DNA from: an uncultured Thermoleophilia bacterium
GTDB taxonomy: Bacteria > Actinomycetota > Thermoleophilia > Gaiellales > Gaiellaceae
Assembly (NCBI GenBank): GCA_963716005.1
Contig: OY970285.1
Coordinates: 1,427,745 to 1,491,744, forward strand
Direction: 5' to 3'
DNA length: 64,000 nt
Positions 16,868-25,482 of the stretch are shown piece by piece. Position 1 is the first letter of the stretch; each line of letters opens with the position of its first letter. The notes beneath the pieces were generated by a model that saw only the letters and a list, made by a program, of their open reading frames with translations, searched no databases and was not told where the DNA came from. The position numbers and the translations under genes were made by a program.

Positions 16868-18693
16868 GTGCGGCGGCCTCGATGGCATCGGGTGACGGTT
16901 GGAGCAGCGGTCGGCCTCGTCCTTCTCGCCTGCTCGTCCGCGCCGGCGTTCGCCGTGCCGCCTTCGAACGACGACTTCGACTCCGCGAAGGTCATCGGCG
17001 CTCTCCCCTACGCCGATCCGGTGAACACCGTCGACGCGACCAGCGCAGGAGACGACCCTTCACCCTGCAGATTCAGCGGGCACTCGATCTGGTACCGGTT
17101 CGCCGCCGCCGCAAATGCGCGCATCGAACTCAGCCGGTCAGGGACCGCCGACCGATGGTTATCGTACGTATTCACACTGGCTCGAGAGGAGCGCTTACCG
17201 AGAAGGCCCAGGCGGCTTCCGCATGCGCTTCGACGCTCTCGCCGGAACGACGTATCGACATCATGGTCGCCGGCTTCCCCGGGAGCGCCTTCACCTTCTC
17301 GGCGCGCGTGTCTCCGCCGCCGCCCGCAAACGATGATTTCGACAGCGCCGCTCCGATCGGCTCACTCCCTTCACCGCGGATGTCGACCTGTTCGACGCGA
17401 CTCCCGCGCTGGACGACCCGTCCTGTCCGGAGACCTCGTCTTCAACCGACCACAACGTCTGGTACTCCTACGCGGCGCCTGCCGACGCTCGCATCGACGT
17501 CAGGATCACCAACAGTCCGTCCAGACCGCCTTCGCGGACTGCATCTTCACCGGGTCGCGAGGGGCACTGGTCCCGGTGCAATCCACGCGGCGAGGCCAAG
17601 GGCACCACCGCTTCAATGCCGTTGCGGGGACCACGTACTTCGTGCTGGTCGCCCACAGCCAGTTCTCCAGCACGTTCGACAGCTCACGGTGAAACAGGCG
17701 CCCCCGCCGCCCGCACGATGCGTTTGCGAGTCGACCCGGTGATCGACGGACTTCCGTACTGGACACTCGGACAACAGCGAGGCGATGGCGGACAATCGGA
17801 CGATCCGAGCGGCTGTGGCGAGTTCAACTCGGTCTGGTACTCGTTCACACCCACGCGCGACATGCAACTCGCACCGACGTACGGGTGACGACGGATACCT
17901 CCAACCTCGCGGACGTCACGCCGTCAGAGGCTCGGCCGGCGCGCTCGTGGAGATCGGCGACATGCTGGGAGGATGCCCGCTCGATCCCTTCGAGGCGAAA
18001 GCGGGGACGACGTACCACTTCATGGTCGGCTCGAGGTACACGATTCTCGGCGGCCGTTCACCTTCTCCCTGACGGGCGTGCCGCGAGGACGCGTCGAGCT
18101 CGCCGTCATCGGAAAGACGAGCGTTGTCTACGGCAGGCGCGTACCCTGAGGATCCACCTGGTGGACGTGGCGGACACGTCGAACCGTGTCGTCTCGCTCT
18201 TCACGATCTCGCCCCGAGGCGCGAAGACACTCGTGCGCTCGGGAACCGTGAACGCGAGCGGCAACCTGGTGGTGACCTTCAAGCCGCTCAAGAACACGAG
18301 TTCCAGGCGCAGTGGGCCGGGGAAGCCGGCTGGCTCCCGGGGACGAGCCCGACCCGGAGCGTCCGGGTCAAGGTGATCACCACCACGAGACTCGTCGGCT
18401 TCTACGGCCGCTCCGGCGCGTGCAAGCTCTATCGCTCCGGCAACGGGGTCGGCCAGATCGGCACGGTAAAGCCCAAGCGGACCGGCGACGTACCTCGTGT
18501 TCATCGCGCAGAAACGCCGGGCCGGCGGAGCCTGGCGGCAGATCGCGAAAGCGAGTTTCAGGATCCGCGCGAACGGATCGGCCAGCGCCGTCCTCGGCAA
18601 TATCGGTACGGGCACCTATCGGGTCCGGAACTCGTACCCCACCGACGCGAACTTCCTCGGCGACGCCTTCGACTGGCAGGCGGGCGTCACTAG
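16868..18693 (+). pseudogene. secreted protein with three copies of an NDDF...WY...AGTTY module of about 140 aa plus a C-terminal beta-rich region; at least 9 frame breaks
   Basis: GAGGAGG RBS followed by GTG 16868. Signal peptide RRPRWHRVTVGAAVGLVLLACSSAPAFA. Module landmarks are PPSNDDFDSAKVIGALPY..HSIWYRF..FDALAGTTY, then PPPANDDFDSAAPIGSLP..HNVWYSY..FNAVAGTTYFVLV, then GLPYW..NSVWYSF..FEAKAGTTYHFMV. They can only be joined by hopping among all three frames. The 3' end is approximate. Confidence 0.5.
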
Positions 18694-18765
18694 ACCTGAC
18701 GGGGGACGCAGTTCGAGGGATGGCAGATCGCCGCCTCGATGCCGATTTCCTCCGTGCACAACTGA

Positions 18766-19203
18766 TTGCGGCGCACGAAGGGAATCGTCATGCGACTTCG
18801 CGTTCTGCTCTCAGGGCTCGGCTTCTTTCTCACAGCACTCGTGATCGCCTGGGGGCCGGTCGCCGCCAGCGCGCACGGCGCCGTGCAGAAGTGCACGATC
18901 AAGGGCACGAACGGGGCCGACCAGCTCCTCGGGACCTCGCGCAAGGACGTGATCTGCGGCTACGGCGGCAACGACATCCTCGCCGGCCTGAGCGGCAACG
19001 ACATCCTCAAGGGCGGCAAGGGCAACGACCGCATCCAGGGCGACGCCGGCAACGACCGGCTCTTCGGCGGCCCCGGCCGCGACACGCTCTACGGCTACGA
19101 CGGCGCCCGCGACTGGCTCGACGGCGGCACCGGCTACGACCAGGGCTACCGCGACCGCACGGTCGACTCGATCAAGAACGTCGAGCGCTACCCCGGGCTC
19201 TAG
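18766..19203 (+). CDS. small secreted protein with RTX-type (GGxGxD nonapeptide) calcium-binding repeats
   Basis: Signal/TM segment LRVLLSGLGFFLTALVIAWGPVAASA, then GGNDILAGLSGNDILKGGKGNDRIQGDAGNDRLFGGPGRDTLYG. Confidence 0.7.
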   Translation: MRRTKGIVMRLRVLLSGLGFFLTALVIAWGPVAASAHGAVQKCTIKGTNGADQLLGTSRKDVICGYGGNDILAGLSGNDILKGGKGNDRIQGDAGNDRLFGGPGRDTLYGYDGARDWLDGGTGYDQGYRDRTVDSIKNVERYPGL

Positions 19204-20273
19204 GTAGCCGCGCGGCGCTCGCGCTGGTACTCGAGGATCTCCCGCAGGATCGCCTGGATCGAACCGGCGACCGGGATCGCGACGAGCGCGCCGAGGATCC
19301 CCGCCAGCTCGGCGCCGATCAGCACCGCGATCAGAACGAGGAGCGGCGAGAGCTGCACCGTCCGCCCGTAGACGAGCGGCTGGAGCACGTGGTTTTCGAG
19401 CTGCTGGTAGCAGACGAAGAAGATCGCGACGATGACCGCCTGGACCCAGCCGAGCTCCACTCCGACCACCGCGGTCACGATGATCGCGGCGAGCGTGGCG
19501 CCGGCGAGCGGAATCAGATCGAGCACGGCGACGACCACGCCGAGCGCGACCGCGTACTTCGAGTCCACCAGCAGGAGGACGATCGTGGCGGCGATGCCGG
19601 CGATCAGGCTGATGGCGAGGTTCCCGGTGACGTAGCCGCCGATCGTCTTGTAGATCTCGCCGCCGACCCGCTCCCACCGCACTGCCATCGTCTTCGGAAG
19701 CAGTCCGAGGAACCGCTGGACCGTCGTCGGGCCCTCGAGCAGCATGAAGAAGGTGAGGAACGCGATCGTGACCGCGCCCACGACCGCGGTCACGACGCTC
19801 TTCGCCACGGCCACCGCCGGCTCGGTGACGCCGAGGACGCCGCCGAGACCGTGCTCCTCGATCGCTTCCCGCACGCGCTCGACGATCTCGTAGTCGCGCT
19901 CCAGGAATCCGAGCGGCCCGCGGCCCTTCGTCAGGTCGTCGATCAGGTCCGGAACCGCCTCGATGAAGTCGCGGATCTGCGTGACGAGCGGCGGGATGAC
20001 GAGGAAGCCGAGTCCCGTGAGCGCGAGGAGCGCCGCGGCGAACACGATCCCCGCGGCCATTCCCCTGCGGATGCCGCGCCGCACGAAGAATTCGACCGCG
20101 GGATTCAGTGCCGCGGCGAAGAACAGCGCGATCAGGATCCACGTGATCACGTGCCACGCGAGGTAGACGAGCGACAACCCGAAGACGACGAGCAGCACGA
20201 TCCCGAGGATCTGGAGCACGGTGCGCGGCCTGCACGACGACCACGCGAGTCGCTTCCTCGGGCATGAACACAA
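19200..20273 (-). CDS. AI-2E family transporter (PerM/UPF0118)
   Basis: 357-aa polytopic ORF with typical family architecture and the C-terminal ENHVLQPLVYGRTVQLSPLLVLIAVLIGAELAGILGALVAIPVAG. Confidence 0.82.
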   Translation of the reverse strand: MCSCPRKRLAWSSCRPRTVLQILGIVLLVVFGLSLVYLAWHVITWILIALFFAAALNPAVEFFVRRGIRRGMAAGIVFAAALLALTGLGFLVIPPLVTQIRDFIEAVPDLIDDLTKGRGPLGFLERDYEIVERVREAIEEHGLGGVLGVTEPAVAVAKSVVTAVVGAVTIAFLTFFMLLEGPTTVQRFLGLLPKTMAVRWERVGGEIYKTIGGYVTGNLAISLIAGIAATIVLLLVDSKYAVALGVVVAVLDLIPLAGATLAAIIVTAVVGVELGWVQAVIVAIFFVCYQQLENHVLQPLVYGRTVQLSPLLVLIAVLIGAELAGILGALVAIPVAGSIQAILREILEYQRERRAAT

Positions 20274-20342
20274 GTCTCACAGCGAGGTCAGACAGCCTCT
20301 AATGGGGGTTCAGACACTCCTCCGCAAGTTCGAAACTCAGTC

Positions 20343-23300
20343 GTGGTGCCCAAACACGCGCTGCGGCTTGGCCTGACTCTCTCAGGGATCGTTCTTCTCG
20401 CCATCGGGGCGAGCGGCTCCAGCGCGGCCGAACCCCATGCGGCGAAGCGCGTAGACGCGCCCTCGAGCGTCGGCCGGGCGGCCCCGCAGGAAACGCTCGC
20501 GAACGGCCAGGTCATCGTCCGCTTCAAGGCGGGCACGACGGCGGCCGAGCGCACCGACGCGCTGGAGGAAGTCGACGCGACCGTCGACGCGACGCTGCTC
20601 CCCCGGATGCAGGTCGTGGACCTTCCCGACGACGTCGCGGTCGGCGAGGCGGTCGGCACGCTCGAGGCGAATCCCGACGTCGCCTACGCGGAGCCGAACT
20701 TCGAGCGCGAGGCGGCGGTCGACCCGAACGACCCCGAGTACCCGGAGCTCTGGGCGCTCCCGAAGATCGGTATGCCCGCGGCCTGGGATCTTGCGACCGG
20801 CAGCTCCAGCGTGATCGTGGCCGTGATCGACACGGGCGTCGCGTACGACCATCCCGATCTCGCGCCGAACGTCTGGACGAACGACGACCCGGCGGGCGGC
20901 GGCGACCAGGACGGCAACGGCTTCGTCGACGACACCCACGGCTGGGACTTCGTCCAGGAGGACGCCGTCCCGCTCGACTTCAACCGCCACGGCACGCACG
21001 TGGCCGGAACGATCGGCGCCAAGGGCAACAACAACCTCGGTCTCCCGGGCGTGAACTGGGACGTCTCGCTCATGCCGGTGCGCGCCGGCGACTTCTACGG
21101 CTCGTTCGGCTCCTCGGACACGATCGCCGCCTACACCTACGCCTGCCAGAACGGCGCGCGCGTCGTGAACGGCAGCTTCGGCGGGCCCGGCTTCTCCCAG
21201 GCCGAGCTCGACGCGATCAACTCACCCGCCTGCGCGAACACCCTCTTCGTCTTCGCCGCCGGAAACGACGGTGTGAACATGGACACCGCGGGGCCGCTCG
21301 AGTACCCGTGCGCCTACAACAGCGCGCGGATCATCTGCGTGGCCGCGAGCGACGAGACCGACGGGCGCGCGGACTTCTCGAACTACGGCGCGACGAGCGT
21401 CGACATCGCAGCGCCCGGCAACGACATCTTCAGCGCGATCCCCAGCTGGGACTTCGTCGGGCAGCTCGAGAGCTTCGAGGATCCCGGCTTCGGCGCCCGC
21501 TGGGCCCTGCCCACGGCCACGAACGGGGGGCCGCTCTGGGGCCGCACCGACGATTTCAAGTCGGCGGCGACGTTCAGCCTCGCCGACTCGCCCCCGGTGA
21601 CTCCGGGGACGCCGATCCCCTATGCGGAAAACACGATCAACCAGGTCGTGAACGACCTGCCGCTCGCCGACCTGACCGGCAAGCGCGGCTGCTTCCTCCA
21701 GTACGACCTGCGCCACGACATCGACGTGGGCGACTTCCTCCGGATCTACGGTGGCGCGACCAACGTGCCCGCGGCGATCACCACCGAACTCGTCTCGCTG
21801 TGGAGCATCACGCCGAGCGACGAATTCGTCCTCGTCCAGGACGACCTCTCGGTGTTCGACGGCGCGCCGTCCGTCTACCTGAAAGTCCAGCTCGCCTCGA
21901 ACAACGATGGGAACGTCGGCGACGGCGCCTTCCTCGACGCCGTCGGCGCAGTGTGCCTCGACCCCGGCGTCGAGACCTACGAGCGCCTCAACGGAACCTC
22001 GATGGCCGCGCCGCAGGTGTCCGGCGTCGCCGCGCTCATGATCGCGCGGAACCCGGCTCTGACCGTCGCGCAGACGCGCAGCATCATCCTCGGCACCGCC
22101 GACCCGGTGCCGGCGTTCTCCAATCCCGTGCCGCTCGTCGCTACAGGCGCGCGGCTCGACGCGCTCGACGCGGTCGAGCACGCCGTCCTGCCCCCCGCGC
22201 CGACGATCGAGCTCGGCCCCTCCGGCTCGGTCTCGTCCACGAGCGCGACGTTCGAGTTCACCGGCGAAGGCGACGCGGTCGAGTGCCGCCTCGACACGGC
22301 GCCGTTCGCGGTGTGTGAGTCCCCGGAGGACTACGTCGGCCTCGCCGAGGGCGAGCACACGTTCCGCGTCCGAGCGACCTCCCCCGCGGGCCCGTCGGAC
22401 ACGACCACGCGCGTGTGGACCGTGGACACGATCGCCCCGGTCGCGCCGACGATCGATTCCGGCCCGACCGGCGCCGTGTCGTCCACGACCGCGACCTTCA
22501 CGTTCTCGAACGTCGAGAGCGGGCTCACCTTCGAGTGCAGCCTCGACGGCGGCGCCTACTCCGCCTGTACCTCGCCGGCGACCTTCAACGGCCTGAGCGA
22601 GGCTCCCCACACGCTCGACGTCCGCGCCAAGGACGCCGCCGGGAACCCATCGCCGGCGACCACCCGCCCCTGGATCGTCTCGCTCGTGGACACGCCGACG
22701 ATCGACTCCGGTCCGTCCGGCTCCTTCTCGTCAACCTCGGCCTCGTTCACGTTCACCGACGTCGAGGGCGGGACGACGCTCGAGTGCAGCCTCGACGCGG
22801 CCGCGTTCGCTCCCTGCTCCTCGCCGGCGAACTACCCTGGCCTCGCGCAGGGCTCGCACACGTTCCAGGTGCACTCGGTGAACGGCCTCGGCAGCGTCTC
22901 GGACGCGGCCTCCCGCACCTGGATGGTCGGATACGGTCGACCCGGTCGCGCCGGCGGTCGACTCCGGTCCGACCGGCCTCGTCGCCTCGACCTCGGCCAC
23001 ATTCGCGTTCTCGAACGTCGAGAGCGGCCTCGGGTTCGAGTGCAAGCTCGACAGCGACCCGTTCGAGCCGTGCGCCTCGCCGGTCGACCTGACGAGCCTC
23101 GCCCAGGGATCGCACACGTTCCAGATGCGCGCGAAGGACGCCGCGGGGAACACCTCGCCGGCCGCCTCGCGCACCTGGACGGTCGACACGGTCGCGCCGG
23201 CCACGCCGACGATCGACTCCGGCCCGAGCGGGACCTTCGCCTCCACCTCGGCCACATTCGCGTTCACCGCCACCGAGATCGTCGAGTGCCGGATCGACGG

Positions 23301-25462
23301 CGCCGCATACGGGAGCTGCACCTCACCGGCCGACTACACGGGCCTCGCCCAGGGATCCCACTCCTTCGACGTCCGCGCCTCGGACCTCGCCGGGAACATG
23401 TCCGCGGTCGCATCGCGCACGTGGACCGTTGACACCGTCGCCCCGCCCGCGCCGACGATCGACTCCGGCCCCTCCGGCTCCGTGTCCTCCACGGCGGCGA
23501 CGTTCGCGATCTCCGACACCGAGGCCGGCGCGATCCTCGAGTGCCGCCTCGACACCGACCCGTTCGGCGTCTGCACGTCTCCGGTCGACTACACCAGCCT
23601 CGGCCAGGGGTCGCACACGTTCCAGGTTCGCGCGAAGGACTCCGTGGACAACACGTCTGCCACGACCTCCCGCACCTGGACGGCCGACACGGTCGCGCCG
23701 CCGGTTCCGGCGATCGACTCCGGCCCGAGTGGCACCGTCGCCTCGACCGTGGCCTCCCTGGCCTTCTCCGACACCGAAGGCGGCGTCACGTTCGAGTGCC
23801 GCGTGGACGGCGGAAGCTACGGCGCCTGCACCTCGCCGGCCGACTACACCGGCCTCGCCCAGGGCTCCCACACCTTCGACGTGCGCGCCTCGGATGCCGC
23901 GGGCAACACCTCCGCGGCGGCCTCGCGCACCTGGACGGCCGACACCGTCGCCCCGCCCGCGCCGACGATCGACTCCGGCCCGACCGGCGCCGTCTCCTCG
24001 ACCGACGCGAGCATCACGTTCTCCGACACGGAGGCCGGCGTCGTGCTCGAGTGCCGCCTCGACTCGGATCCGTTCGCCGTCTGCAGCTCGCCGGTCGACT
24101 ACACCAGCCTCGGCCAGGGGTCGCACACGTTCCAGGTTCGCGCGAAGGACTCCGTGGACAACACGTCTGCCACGACCTCGCGCACGTGGACGGCCGACAC
24201 GGTCGCACCCGCCGATCCGACCATCGACTCGGGCCCGACCGGCACGGTTGCCTCGACCTCGGCGTCGTTCGCGTTCAGCGGCGACGAGACGCTCGAGTGC
24301 CGGATCGACGGCGGGTCGTACGCGACCTGCACCTCGCCGCAGGGCTACTCGAGCCTCGCGCAGGGCTCCCACACCTTCGACGTCCGCGCCTCGGACGCCG
24401 CGGGCAACCACTCGAGCCCGGCCACGCGGACGTGGTCCGTTGACTCGTTGGCGCCGCCGGCCCCGACAATCGACTCCGGCCCGACCGGCACGGTCGCCTC
24501 GACCGCCGCGAGCTTCACGTTCTCCGACACCGAGGTGCGGCGCCGTCCTGGAGTGCCGCGTCGACTCGGAGCCCTTCGCCGTCTGCCCCTCGCCCGCCGA
24601 CTACGCCAACCTCGCGCAGGGCTCGCACACGTTCCAGGTTCGCGCCAAGGACGCGGTCGGGAACCTGTCCGAAACGATCTCGCGCACCTGGACGGCCGAC
24701 ACCGTCGCGCCGCCCGCCCCGACGATCGACACCGGGCCCCACGGGCTTTCCGCGACTGCGGCTCCGACGTTCACGTTCTCCGACACGGAGGCAGGGGTCA
24801 CGTTCGAGTGCAGCCGCGACGGCGAGCCGTACACGACCTGCACGTCGCCGAAGGGCTACACGAGCCTCGCCGAGACCTCGCACACGTTCGACGTGCGCGC
24901 CAAGGACGCCGTCGGGCACACGTCGGCCGCGACCTCGCGGACGTGGACGGTCGACGTCACCGCTCCCCCGATTCCGACGATCGACTCCGGCCCGACCGGC
25001 ACGGTCGCCACAACGAGCGCGACGTTCGCGTTCTCCGACACCGAGGCCGGCGTCACCTTCGAGTGCAAGCTCGACACCGGCGCTTTCGCCGCCTGCACCT
25101 CTCCGGCAAACCTGTCGGGCCTCGCCCAGGGTTCGCACTCCTACGAGGTGCGCGCGAAGGACGCGGCCGGGAACACGGCCTCGTCTACGCGCGCCTGGGC
25201 GGTCGACTCGGTCGCGCCGAACACGACGATCACGGCCGGCCCGAAGACCGGGAAGGCGACAACCGCGACGTTCAAGTTCACCGCTACCGAGGCCGGCTCG
25301 ACCTTCAAGTGCAAGCTCGACAAGGGCGCGTGGGCCGCCTGCAAGACGGGCAAGATCTACAAGAAGCTGAAGAAGGGCTCGCACACGTTCCAGGTCGCGG
25401 CGACGGACAAGTACGGAAATCTCGACAAGACGCCCGCGAAGAAGACCTGGAAAGTTACGTAG
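20343..25462 (+). pseudogene. subtilase P1: signal peptide, I9-like propeptide, S8 catalytic domain with inserted domain, 13 Ig-like modules; 2 frame breaks (about 22929 and about 24535)
   Basis: Catalytic motifs VAVIDTGV, HGTHVAGTIGA, FAAGNDG, GTSMAAPQVSG. At 22929 (tggtcGGatacg) and 24532-24538 (gaggTgcggc), removing one nucleotide restores the repeat consensus (WMVDTVDP; FSDTEGGAVLECRVD). The reading then ends at TAG 25460-25462. Confidence 0.85.
22190..25459 (+). repeat. 13 tandem coding repeats (about 84-86 aa each) of an Ig-like two-Cys module
   Basis: Consensus P.TIDSGP.G.V.ST.ATF.FS..E.G..FEC.LD...F..C.SP..Y..L..G.HTF.VRA.D.AGN.S.....TWTVDT.AP. Counted by eye. Confidence 0.85.
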
Positions 25463-25482
25463 ACGACTAGACCGTCCGGGGG

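Noticed and set aside
24532-24538. The same heptamer GAGGTGC occurs at two frame-break sites (P1 at 24532-24538 and ileS at about 56691-56697, - strand), hinting at a motif-specific error, a methylation site or programmed frameshifting
   Set aside because: A GC-rich 7-mer is expected several times by chance in 64 kb. The other break sites I inspected (13383, 16401, 22929, 40098, 51470) do not share it. It is not a slippery X XXY YYZ sequence. It is worth a look only if raw-read data are available.
22190-25459. Regular repeat of about 255 nt that could be mistaken for a CRISPR or other non-coding tandem array
   Set aside because: The period is far too long for CRISPR. The copies are diverged throughout rather than alternating between identical repeats and unique spacers. 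The repeat is in frame with a protein module carrying conserved Cys, Gly and His positions.
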